A program made the position numbers and the translations under genes. From contig CM102290.1 in assembly GCA_046563655.1 (NCBI GenBank), positions 8,680,001 to 8,744,000 of the forward strand: a stretch of 64,000 nucleotides of DNA, in the 5' to 3' direction. How positions within the stretch are numbered: position 1 is the stretch's first letter; each line of letters begins with the position of its first letter. Positions 38,201 through 50,806 of this stretch are shown one piece after another. The notes beneath the pieces were generated by a model, which worked only from the letters and a program-made list of their open reading frames with translations, made no database searches and was not told the origin of the DNA. Source of the DNA: Yuukianura sp. NJ FZ-2021. Lineage: Eukaryota.

Positions 38201-40744
38201 ATTGTAATACAAGAGTGTGGTACAACAAATGTTTTTTGGTAGATACGAGTTTTGAAAAACTAATTAAACGGTCTCTTTGTAATGTAATGGTCGTTTTACA
38301 TTGGGAGGAACAAATTGCTTGTACAATTTGTACAAGTAATTTCCTACACTACTACGCCTCAAAATGAGAAGAAATTGAAAAAAAAACATCATTATGAGAT
38401 ACCTGATCTTACGAGAATTGAAGTTCTCATTGTCAATATGTAATGACAGTTGTGGATCCAGTGCCAGAACAATGTAAATTGACCAATAACTTCACAAAGG
38501 GAAATTGATGCTGCGGTTTTGAGAAGTACAGAACAAAAACAGAGGCGTCTATACCTCACCACATATGTTACGCAAGCGTCTTCCTAATGGATTTCGTCTT
38601 CATTACAAGTTCCATGTCCAATGGAAACAATTGAAATCCACTTTGGTTTCTTCCAGGCACAAGAGGACTGCCTAAGTGCCGTCCAAGTAGAATGGACATG
38701 ATGGATTTTGGCATTATTCTTTTCTATTACTGTTATTAGGAGCGTCTCCACAAGAGTCCACTGTATTTTGGATATGGAATTTAAATTCCCAGGGAATGAA
38801 TAGTTCACAATGAGACATGAGTTTAGGACGTAAGTATGAGCAACACAGACAAATTAAAATAATAGTCCAAACTATCATTGCCCATTTTGTAGTCATTGTA
38901 GTAAGTTGATGTATCATTTCAAACCCATCAGCAGCATAGTATAAAACAAAAGAGAATCATGCCTAAGGCGAAGTAGACTTTGAACCGAAATTGAAACAGA
39001 TCGAACTTGTTTTATAGACTCGAACCGAAGTTCGAACTGTTTTCGGGCATCATGTTGTGTAGTAGACATAAACTAGATAAAGCATGTGCAATTGCACTTG
39101 GTTAACTTTCAAATGTTTTTAGTACGTTCATCAACAATTGTTTATTACAAGTTATTACAAACAAGAACAAAAAATTTTTTCTTGAACGAAATAATCAAAA
39201 AATTTTGACGCAGAGGAAATTTCCATCCATTAATTATTCTGATAAAAAAATAATTTAGTGATGTCGGAATGAAACGACTTCAGACCGATCTTCGTTGACG
39301 AATCAAGCGGCACAAATCCATGCCGCCTCATCTTTGCATACAAAATAGCCTAAGGAAGTGATTTCCTATTTTCCACGCTTCCTTCACTTTGATATCAACC
39401 TTGAACGAAATTATTCAACTGAACAAATAGAACCAGTCAATTTCCAATAAAAAACAAAAGTTTCTTCGTCTATGATTTCATCCACTCTGTTTTGCAAAAA
39501 GAATTTTTTTCTTGAAATAATGGACTTAAGTAATTATCCTACAGAAATTTGACTCATCTGGGCTCTGCCAAATTGGAAATGTTGATTCAATTTCCATTTG
39601 TCAAAATTTGTACTCTTTTAATTTATTTTCCCACCGTATTCTCTCTTCTGTAACGAAAGTTTTGAAAGTTTAAAAAATTAATTGTCCAATTTTGAGTCCA
39701 AGTCCATTTGGATGTCCATTAACCACTAACATTGAGCGTCTATTATTTTGAGAAATGGAGAAGATGAGGAACCTGCCGAATTGAGCTTGATTATAGGGAG
39801 GACACAATTCAGGGAAATATTTCTGTGGAATATCCTAGTATCAAAGCAATTTAGAACTCCAAACCCTAGGACGCTAATGTATTGTTGTAGATGTACAGCC
39901 ATTAATTATTTCAATTTCATTTCTCATGTCACAACATAAAGAGTCCAAGACTCTTTCTGACTTTTTGAGTCTTTTCCCTCTAAATGACATGTAATTGGAA
40001 GTTTGTGGTTAAACGTAAAAGTCAAGGGTTTTGGACACAAGAGGTTGGATTTGATTCCATTTTGTTGGAGATGCAATTATGATTTGATGGAAGACAGTCA
40101 ACGGTCGTGGAGCACTATGATTTCCTGGTCATTTGAAGACAGTCCAATTCCCACAAAAAGAAACTGAGAGTCAGAGGACATGTACGTCCATGTAATTACA
40201 TTTCATTTCCAGTCAACAGATTCATGTCTTCAACAGTTCCTTCCCTCCGAGCCATCCTCATGTTCAAACAACCATTGTCAGCTAATCATAGCCCTGTGAA
40301 GGGCCCTTATGATCTTCAAACGCCGGTTGACTCTGTTGAGAGGCATCTTGTCTCCTGCGCTCATTTCAACACTCCTTCTTTCCAAGGAGTTTTACTTAAA
40401 CTGTCGCAGTTTGTTTTGAGTTGAATTTCAGTGACTTTTGTGCTATTAAAAAATCGGACTTTAGACAACGCTATTGACCACGGTAGGTCTGATGTAGAGT
40501 GAGTAAATGTAATTGTCAAAACCCCAAACAAACCAAAATCAATGTATGGAACTTTCAAATTTAATTAAACTTGGAAAAAAAAGTTGCAAAATTACAGCCG
40601 ATGAATATAATATTCTGAATTTCTATAATAGATAATACTGTATTGATAAAATTTACACCATTACTAATAATCGTCGACGTTATAGTGAAAATTGGCTATG
40701 AACAATACTTTAGATAGCATGAATTAATCTAGATTAGTAATTAT

Positions 40745-40934
40745 CAGACCTGCCAAAAATATTTAGTTCCGTAATGCTAACAAAATCAATATTTCAGGTC
40801 TTTTTGTTGCTAAACACTTATTTATTTTCCCATACCCTTAATGTTGAGTTCTTAAATATTTGAAGCTTTTTCTGTAAATATTGTATTTATTTAAATATTT
40901 TGCTAGTTTTCCTTAAATATTTTTGGCAGCCCTC
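40745..40934. mobile_element. hAT-like MITE about 0.9 kb upstream of the Tlx start codon
   Basis: 16-bp perfect inverted core CTGCCAAAAATATTTA / TAAATATTTTTGGCAG within termini CAGACC.. / ..GCCCTC. Flanks GTAATTAT / ATAATTAT (7/8 match). Confidence 0.75.
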
Positions 40935-41838
40935 ATAATTATTATTTATTTTATACTAACCTATTCATTCGATTCTGTTTTATGTAGAATCAATGTCCTC
41001 ATTCTTATGTAGTTAAAAAAATTTTGTGTTCAAACTGCTGGTGCTTGGGCCATTCGTAGTGATCTCCATCAGTACTACCAAAAGTGTGGTGAAGTCAGTA
41101 TAGGTAAAATTTTTGTCGTTTCAATTTAGTTAGTTTCTTCAACCTCAATTTATTTCAGAGTTGAGTGAACAAACCCGGCACATCTGAGAAACTAAAAAAA
41201 AAGACGACGCCTATGAAATTTATAATTTTGACATTCGGATTGCAAGTTCAAATTGTATTTGATACAATAGCCCATCTGATATTTTTTTCTAGTTGAGCTT
41301 CAACACCGAAAGCGTTTTGGTTGAAGAGAGTGTGTTTAAGTAGGAAATTGTTGTTAGGATAGCGTCCGTGTAGGTCGTGTCAATTTGTTGTAGTATTTGT
41401 GCTGGTCGTTTGGTTGGAGTAAGGCAGTTGATCCCATTGAATTGAAGGACATGGAAGTAGAGTCTGGATTGGAGGATGAATTGAGTGGGAAGGCGCGGTT
41501 TGACACAGCCACTTTGGCTGACTACTCCTCTCACTCTCGCTCCCTGTCAGATTTGTATTTTAGGAGTCACTGAATCCTCCTACGGACAACAGTCTTAAGC
41601 CAGCATCACCCTCTGCAGTCACTCCAGCCACTTCTGAGGCCCTTAAGTCCAAGAAAACCCTTGGTTCCGAGGCCCATGTCCACTAGTTCACTCAGCTCCA
41701 CTTCGCTTGAGTCATTCTCTCTACTAGGAGAAAGCCAACTTTCACCAAACACAACTCCATTAGCGTCTGTGTCTGTGACAGTGCAAGTGGAATTGAAAAA
41801 CTATCAACTTTTTAAAACTTGAAATTTTGGAATTCTAA

Positions 41839-44800
41839 ATGTGCAAAATGACAGAGGACAAAGACTCAGTCATTTCTTCAGACGAAATGGAAAGTGTAAG
41901 TGTCATTAGCCATTCAGACAAAGTCAACAATAACAATACCAGTTCAAAAATGTTGCGAGGGTTGGACTTTACTGCAAATTCTCCAGCGCTAAATTTTTCA
42001 ATTTCGCGGTTACTCGGTGGGAGCGATGGAAATGGTCCCTCTGGTCACTCCCGCAGACGACATCGTCACCACTCATCACATAGTGACGACGAGGGTGACA
42101 ACCGAAAAGGCGACGTCAGGCATTACAAAGATGGCGGGCGACGGAAACCTTCTGGTGGTACGGACAAGGGGCGCCTGAGCACTGGCAGCAGTGGGCATCA
42201 GTCCGATTCGGACATTGATGTCCACACTCACGTTTCCTCGGATTCGGATGATGAAGCGGAGGATGAGGACGATGATGGCGGAAGCAGCAAAATGGAGGAC
42301 GGGGAATCAGATGGACTGCAGAAGGAATGTCAACCGATGGATGAAGGGCTGTATCCTGGACATCCTCCAGAACCTGGTTCCCAGACACTTGAAGGGCTCC
42401 ATGGCAATCCAACAATTGGAAATCACATGAGCCCTTTTCCTGTTTTTGGCTACAGTTCAATCTTTCTGCCCAATTTCCCATCTCCACTCACATCACCTCC
42501 AAATCATATCATTCGAGTTCCGGCTCATCGACCCATGTCCAATTTCCAAATGTTTGGACAATCAGGACTACCCACACATCCCAATCTGAGTGAACTCAAT
42601 TCGTCACCACTCTTTAGTAATTTTGACCCTAGGAATTCACTTCTACTCAAAGATCGTCTCAGCGGTAAGACTCAAATTCATTTTTTAAAACCAATTTTCC
42701 TTCAACAACGTTGTTTTAAAAAAATCTCCAAAATCTTCCAGTATATATCTAAAAAAAAAGTTATTATTATTTTGTTTCTAATTTGGAATTCTCTGTTAGG
42801 CTAAAATTTTTTCTCTAAAGAATACGATAATGCTAGTAAAGCAGAGATTCCCAAAAACAAAAGTTTTTTTAAAAAGATTTTTGGGAGTCAGTTGACTAGA
42901 GTACTACAAATGGTCTAATTTGGCAACTAGAGTAGGTTAGGATAAGAAAGTTGTGAGTGCGTTTAATTCGATTGCTTGTCAGAAGGGAGAGTGAAAGCAG
43001 GAGGGTGGGTTTCCTTGAGAATTCAATTCGGAGGGTGGGTTTGGTCGCCATGAATTTCCCTCTTAATTTACTTTCATATCCTGCAATGATGTCCTCCCTT
43101 CTTCTGCATCCAAACTTTCTAATCGGACATGGTGGTTCTACAAAAGTGGGTCCACTTACATCAACTTACATCAACTTTCTCTGCTTTCCCTTCGAAAACC
43201 CACACAGTGGCTCCGGATATTTGTGGAGGGTGACTGAGGCGTTGTTTACTGCAGAAGAAAGCGAGGGAAAATATAAAGTATGAGTCTCACTCACTTATTC
43301 ATGATCCCCTGGGCTTTTGACTCTACTTAAATGGAAATCAATCGCTTCTAAACCATATGGGAATTTTGATATTGAAAACTAGAGAAGGATACAGGGCTGG
43401 TGGGACATTGGACTTGAGGGACTGGAGGCAGGTCCCTTTAGGAGAATGTTATGAATGACTTTTGAAGTTTGACATGAGGCACTTTCTCTATTAGGCCTCC
43501 TCTAGAAGGGGCTCTGGGACAGGGGCATAAAGGCTCACTACCCCTCTGCCTAATGTCATTTGTCAAGTCGTGTCAAGTCTCTTATTATGTTTTCATTTCT
43601 GTTCAATCCAGCGTCCCTTGCCCTCTCACGCCGAATTGGTCATCCCTACCAAAACAGAACTCCACCGAAGCGGAAGAAGCCACGGACGTCATTCACCCGT
43701 CTCCAAATTGCAGAACTAGAGAAGAGATTCTACAAGCAAAAGTACTTGGCCTCTGCCGAACGGGCTTCCTTGGCCAAAGCTCTCAAAATGACGGACGCTC
43801 AAGTCAAGACTTGGTTTCAGAATCGACGTACGAAATGGAGGTTGGTCAATTTGTTTTTACAATTTTGAATTTTTGAAGATTTTGAAGATTGGAGGATGCT
43901 TGAGGGTAGTTTTGAGAGTCGTTCAAGTTCAGTTGGTGAATTTGAAGGAGACAAGACATAAAGAGCCGAGAACAGGTTTACACAGTAGTTTAATGGAGAT
44001 GAAAGTTAATGCCAAGAGGCCCTTTACCCGAAGCAATTATTGTCGCTTTGAAAAGCCTTGTTGAATTTAAAATAGAGAGGGAAAACATGGGGTTGGAGTT
44101 CTTCTAATGGCAGTCGAGGTGAACTTGATCTCTGCTTAACTCTTTTCCGCCGCCCGCTCATAAAATGTCGTTACAGATCATTTCCTGCCAACCACTTTAC
44201 TTTAGACCAAATTCAAAAACTGAGGATTTGTAACAGAAAGAACCAGCGATTACGGAACAATACTAAAGTACTGCAGGGTTCACGACTTTTGCGTAAATGT
44301 CGAAATACCCCTGGAGTAAAAGTCGTGTCAAATTCCGAACACATTAAGAAACTTTTTGGGAAAAGAAAATAGTGGAATTGATTGGAAATTAATAATTGCT
44401 CCAGGGAACGTATTTTCATTGGAGTATTTACTGGTTCAACTGCGATTTTGATCTGATGCTTGACGACTTTTTTAAGAAAAATAAAAAGAAATCGTGAAGT
44501 ATTATTTGAAATAATGTTTTTAGTTGTAACCGCTCCTAACGTATCAACCTATAAGATGTTACAAATAAATATCTTCAGTTTACTTCAACCCAATTCTCAA
44601 CTGTTTGCATGTTTTGAAACCAAAAATTAACACTTCCCAAACGACAAGTTGAATGATTGATCTTTGGCTCACAGTTACAACTTTTGTTTCAAAAAGGAAA
44701 CAAAAGTTAAAAGTGTTAACGTTAGGCTATGATAGATTTCGAATTGACTTTGGTTGAACCTAACTTTTGGTTCCTTGGCGACATGAGTCAACTTCTTTGG

Positions 44801-46879
44801 ATTTGACTGACATGGAAACACCATTAGACCAACTAATTACTCGGCGTCATCCGAACCCATTGTTCGGCCACAACCGAATATCCCAGCCTTCCGAGACTTT
44901 CCATTGTTTCAACCGTGTTCATAAAGATAAGCGTTGAAAGCAAGCGCTTTTGGTCCACTCCATCAAACTCAAGGGTCCCCCTTAACCCCAGCGTAGGTGT
45001 CCTTAAGACCCCTATCAAATAAGTACTCAATTTCCCTTTTAATACTTGAACAGATAAAGGGATTTAAGGGGCCCTTTAATACCAAAAGTTCAATTGAGAT
45101 CCATTTAAATTCTGCAGATAATGTTAAAAGTAGTTTTTGACGCTCTCAAGGAACGATGAAACTGATCGAAAACCAACCAGGGTAAAAAAGTTCCCAAACA
45201 TCAAAAAACCTGTACCATAAATCTAAACTTTTGTTTCCATTTAATAAAGGCAAACGACTTAAATTAATTAAAACCTGCGAATTAACTGAAAGGTTTGAGC
45301 TGATATGAAAACCGGGAAAATAAAGTCAGAATTTTGGCAGGTTTTGGCTTCTGTTGCAGCAGCGTCATTAACTTTAACGAGGGTAGTTAACGCCTGGTTA
45401 GGAACCAGAAAACAGTTGAAGCACTTGGAAGAACTGTCAGATTTTTAGTTAGGTTTGTTTTGTACGTGTAGCATTTTAAAAGCATTCCCGTTGATAAAGA
45501 ACCTGATTCTCCGTCCCAAGACAATTAAAAATTCGAATCAATGAAATATATCCTGGACTTCTCATGCCTTTTTCAGCTCTTGGTCTACTTAAAACTGAAT
45601 GCTTTTTTAACGTTTCAATTGTCGTCATGGCCAACATTGAGTTTCCTAGAGACAGAAAGTGTATTACAGCTCTCATCAGTTGAAAAAGTACAGGGTTGTG
45701 CAAATTTGTTAAAGTTTTACTCGACAATGATGGAGAGACAAGTTAAACATTTAGTGTCACGTCATATACTTAACAATGCGTCTGCAATTTGTAATTTGTA
45801 TCCGGAGGAACACAAGTCGTAAAGTTGACATAGATGAAGTTACTATGAAGTACTTTAGTTTCTTAGTTCCAAGTCTCTGTTTGCCACAATTCAGCATTTG
45901 ACAGAAACGTTACATTTCCGGTAGTTCGAACAAGGAAAATGGACGCTCAAAATGGCACGGAATAGACGAATCAAGTGAACTAAATTCTCAAATGTTGACT
46001 TTAAGTCAACACGACCTCGGGAGGGGTTTGGCTATAAGCCACCAAACCCAAAAATATTATTATTGTGTGCCAGCAAACCCCATTGTGGATTTGAAACGTC
46101 GTTGTTCCTAAACTGAATTCCGAGGCATGACTCCATATGGTTTCCCTGGAGGGACATTTGACATGTACACAGGCCTAACATTCGACTTTGGAAACATGTC
46201 ATTACATGAGCAATCACCTTCACGACAAGGGTTTATATACTCTGCCTTCTGGATGGAGACCCGGACACGATAAATTGGCCCAATCTTAAGAAAATAACCG
46301 GAATCAAATGTTTTTTCATGCCAAGTAATAGACATGAAGTACTTGAAATAAAAGTGGCCAAATACTTGAAGTACATGATGAAATACTTGGCCAAAAGAGG
46401 GAATAAGACGAGGGCGGAAAGTCCGTTACCTTTGCAGAAGCAATGATAAAAGTTGGCTGTCCAAAGTTGGTCCAAAAAGAATTCAATGTTATGGAACTCC
46501 GATTTCCAATTTTGTATTCGTTAAATGCGTTATTTTCTACTTGAAAACAAGAAATAAAAATTACTTGATTTTTTGTTTTCAAATTCTTTTTTTCTTTTGT
46601 TTCAGAAGACAAACAGCCGAGGAACGGGAAGCGGAACGCCAAGCAGCGTCTCGCCTTATGATCTCGCTGCAAGCAGAAGCCATCTCCAAGAACGTGTCGG
46701 CCTTTGGTGACAATGGTCCTGGTGGGGGAGGGTCTCGGGTCAATCCCTGGATGACTGCTGGTGGTGGGTCAATGGGGTCAGCCCCACCGGGAAGTGGAGT
46801 TGCTGGTGGGGCAGGGCCGCCGGAAGGCTTGCCACGAGAAAATCCACCTGAAGTAAAGTTTTTACAAATTAGTTGCTGA
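41839..46879 (+). CDS. Tlx: Tlx/Hox11-family NK-class homeobox transcription factor (C15/clawless)
   Basis: Exons 41839-42664, 43612-43840, 46606-46879. Contains the eh1 motif [10 protein letters not shown], the Tlx-typical IRVPAHRP and [13 protein letters not shown] motifs, the homeodomain [60 protein letters not shown] with Thr47, and the downstream [14 protein letters not shown]. The exact start Met and C-terminus are less certain. Confidence 0.96.
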
Positions 46880-47741
46880 TGAGGGGGTGGTAATTGACCC
46901 GTTATGGCTCTGTCTTGGATCCCACTTCCTACCAACCCCTTCATTAAGGCTTTTTCTGCGTCTCCAAGGATACGAAGATGATCTTGACAGATGAGGGTGA
47001 TGCTGAAGACGGAGAATCCATTTGCATCTTCTGTCTTATCCAAAGGCCCTTGGAAAATAAGAGGTTTGACGAAGTTTGTGCCTAGCGATTAGATATGGAA
47101 CCTCTTTGGATGAGGACTTGACATAAGTGAGCATCATTTCCCCTTTCGTTTGGCCTCTGCAGACGACAAAATAATTCAAAGACACTTCAAACAGCAGGAA
47201 ACCATCATGTTCATCCCCCTTTTACCAAATAAGTACTCTCTACCTCCCTTAAGACTTTGCAGTTACTTAACTCTAGGTTCCACAAGTTGATGCATGGATG
47301 CTACACTGCTATCCCCCACCGCAGACGCTCAGGATTCAATTAATTTTTGTTAATCAAAGGAAATGAGCCAACTTTGTAATTTCTCAAGAGACTTTTAACA
47401 AATTTCTTCATTTAGCACACGAATGTCCCTCCACGTAGAGTGTTTACAACTTGCGTTGTTTTATTGTGTTTTGATTCCCTTCAATTCCATCTTTCCTGTT
47501 TCCCACCAACCAACCAGTATTTACATGCCAGTTTGATCTTAATACAGAATTATGTCGTTGTAATATTTTGATTTGGACTTTTACTCGTTCCTAATGTTCT
47601 TTTAAAGAGGGAAGTTAAGTTAACACGTATCAAACAATTACAGAAGCAAATAATAATATTACATGTTTAGGAGGAAGTGAATATAAAACTTAAAAAGTAC
47701 CAAAAAACTTAGACGTAAACCTTCTAAACCAAACAATTCTG

Positions 47742-47747
47742 AATAAA
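47742..47747 (+). terminator. Candidate polyadenylation signal of Tlx
   Basis: AATAAA about 860 nt after the inferred stop codon. Confidence 0.3.
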
Positions 47748-50064
47748 AACATATCAAATCAACACCAAGCTTCGAAATACAAACTCCGAAATGTCATGAA
47801 AAGTCAAATGTTGTTGTGACGCTTACAACTCCTGTCACTCGAATGTTGGAAACACGAGCCATTGATTTCTGTATTTTAAATGAATGAAAGGTTCTCAAAA
47901 AAAGTAGCTAAATTTTGACTTTGGACTTGAAAAAATTTGAAATTAAAAGTCAACTTTTGTCGTTCTTTTTGAAAGTAGTAATGAATTATATAGGTGAGCA
48001 TGAAAGGTTTGGAGTCCCTTGAGGCCCTTGGTCCCCTTCGAAAGTTAACCCTTTGAATAATTGAGTCACCTTTGAACAATGGAGTGGTAAAAACAGTAAA
48101 AGAGATACAATCAACATTTGTTTTCTGACCTACCAAAATTCAAAATGCCGACACTTACAGAGTCGACTGTAGTGCAGCAGTTAGTGTGAGAGCGTGAGTG
48201 TGTTGTCGTAATTTTCCTTAATTTTCCAGAATCTGTCAGAGTCTAATTATGATGTATTATATGAGTATGTTATAAGACCTGGAAATTGTTCCATGCTAAA
48301 TTCAACACAATCCTAAACATAGTGAGTCATAAAGGAAACAAAGTGCTAGTTCTTGGGGTTGAATTATTTTTAGTACTTTGGCCTTGATGCTACATTAATT
48401 ATTGTAAATCCTAAGGAAAATAGAGCTTTTAGTTTTTGCAAATACAAACCTTTGTATAAGACTCGGTAGAGATTGATGGTTGGAAGAGCTGTAAACCAGA
48501 AGCGGCTCAAATAAGTCTTACGAACTGTGTTGAATGTGTTAACGTGTGAAGTCAATTTGGGATCATAAAGTCGGTTTTTTGAAAACAAATGCTCTTTTCC
48601 GGTATAATTCAATGAAGAATAAAGGGTTGTGCGAGATCCTCTGCTTTTATGCTGCGCTTGATGACGATGAGAAGACAGAGAAGATAACGCTAGTTTTCCA
48701 TTCTTACGTTCAACTAAACTGTACTAAATCTTGCACAGTACGTTTCTTGTATAAATTTTGTTTTCAACGCATATGCATCATGCCGATATTACAGATTCTG
48801 GAATATTACAATTTTAGAATTTCATATTGACAATTTGAAATAATTGTGAAATGGTGCAGGAAAGATGAACAGCCAAACTCTGAAAAAAAAAACTTGGAAA
48901 GAAATTGGATGGTGCGATTTGTGGTAATGGTGCCAAACTGGTGTAGGTAAAATGGTCAATGAATGAGTGTAAAATCCAGGAAAAGTCAAAATAGTTTTAG
49001 TTTTTGGTGCCTTGTAAGTTGTCGTAATGAGTGGTTAAGGTTTGGCAGTGGCGGTGACTCCGGCGGCACTGATAGATCTACTTATGGTCTTACATCCATC
49101 AAATTATCACCATAGAGTGGCCCCCGCTTGTTTGTTTTCCAAGGGCTTTTCCAGGACTCAACGCCTCATCCAAAATCCAGACAAATCCTTGCGACCACGC
49201 CCTGCTTCCCTTCCGAATTGCCACCTTGAGGTAGCAAGAAGACCTACGGAGGGGCCTTAAGTGCCCTTTATTACTACAACTACTACTCTATAATGACGGA
49301 CCAACAACAGTACTGCCGAAAATTGGCCGCTTCTTCTGGCTTAAAAACATGTCCAACTCCCTCATTCACGAACGAATGGCGGAGTCATTCACATAAAAAA
49401 AAAGTTTGGAAAATGATTTGAATTGCCGGCTCAATATTTTGTTCAAAACCATGAATGACCGGGCATTCTTGTTCAAATTGAAGAGCAGGCTAGAACAATA
49501 CTTTCAATAACGGAGGAGGCTGTCATTGCATTAATAGGTTTTGTCTTGAAATGATTCTGCGGGCTACTGCACCTTTTAAACAATAGAGCAGAAGTTCATT
49601 CAAACCACATACTTGCCGCCAAATAAAGCGCCATCTATCATTTTAACTTTTTCTGGTGTCATCTTCCAAAAAATGCTATGTTCAAAATTAATTTTTTTTT
49701 CCAAGTAAAGCAAGGTTTGAAATTTTCCAACTCAAACAGTGTCTGATTTTTTAAACATGAAACAACCTTCCAGAAAAGAGAAAGTAGAAGGATGGGAGAG
49801 TGGTTGTTTCCGTGTGTTTTAGAACAAAAGAGGTGAGGATTATAAAAACATTTGTAATGGTCAACTCTGTCCTTCTTTTTTGAACGTATTGTATAATTTG
49901 AAGTCCAAAACGATTCCTTTTATTCGTCCTTTCAACAAATGACTCTGGTAAGGATGCGAGTCTCCTTTAGTGTAATGGATCACGCGATCCTCCCAGCCTA
50001 GGACTTACTCTAATTATGTTTATTTTGAAAAAGTTACTTGTCCCAAACGATCATCAAAGGACTC

Positions 50065-50806
50065 GTAACCAGGCATTAACGGACGGTCACTAACGGCCCG
50101 ATATACTAACGGACGGTCACGAACGGACGTTCACTAACGGACGGTCCCCAACGGACGTTCACTAACGGACGGTCACCAACGGACGGGCACTAACGGACAG
50201 TCACCAATGGACACATACTCTAATGGACACTTACTCTAACGGACGGTCACTAATGGACATTGACACCTTGTTTCAGTCACTGAAAATTTACAAATTTTTG
50301 AAACGCAGCGACCAAGGTGGGTAAACAAGCAATTGTTGATTGCTACAAGGCTACAATTATTGTAGCAATTCAATTGGTTGCTATAGCAACCTTGCGCAGC
50401 GACAATCAAGTCGGCTCTGAATTCAAGTTGGCAACATTATTTACTAATTAATTCAGTAAATCTGCTTTAATTTTCCCGCGCCGAAGGCGCGGTGTTAGGT
50501 TATAAAAATTGACAGTAGTGATTAGGTTGTAGGTTAGGTTAATTAACTTAGGCTATTGCCGCTAGGTTCAAAAATCAGTTAATTTTCAGTGACTGAAGCA
50601 ACGTGTGTCAATGTCCATTAGTGACCGTGTCCACTAGAGTAAGTGTCCATTAGAGTATGTGTCCATTGGTGACCGTCCGTTGGTGCCCGTCCGTTGGTGA
50701 CCGTCCGTTAGTGAACGTCCGTTGGGGACCGTCCGTTAGTGACCGTCCGTTCGTGACCGTCCGTTAGTATATCGGGCCGTTAGTGACCGTCCGTTCGAGT
50801 CCGGGA
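50065..50806. mobile_element. Non-autonomous Foldback/Phantom-like (Mutator superfamily) element
   Basis: About 210-bp inverted arms (50078-50288 and 50581-50795) built from 14-bp units AACGGACGGTCACT. The arms start 11-13 bp inside non-matching termini. Perfect 12-bp direct repeat ATCAAAGGACTC on both sides (50053-50064, 50807-50818). The core has TAGGT runs and a GC hairpin. Confidence 0.88.

Noticed and set aside
42116..42487. ORFs overlapping Tlx exon 1 in other frames or strand
   Set aside because: Shadow ORFs of a GC-rich coding exon.
46579..47043. 154-aa minus-strand ORF
   Set aside because: Antisense shadow of the GC-rich Tlx exon 3; no independent motifs.
50790..50806. B-box-like GTTCGAGTCC suggesting a tRNA or SINE
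   Set aside because: No A box or cloverleaf; it lies at the end of the foldback element.
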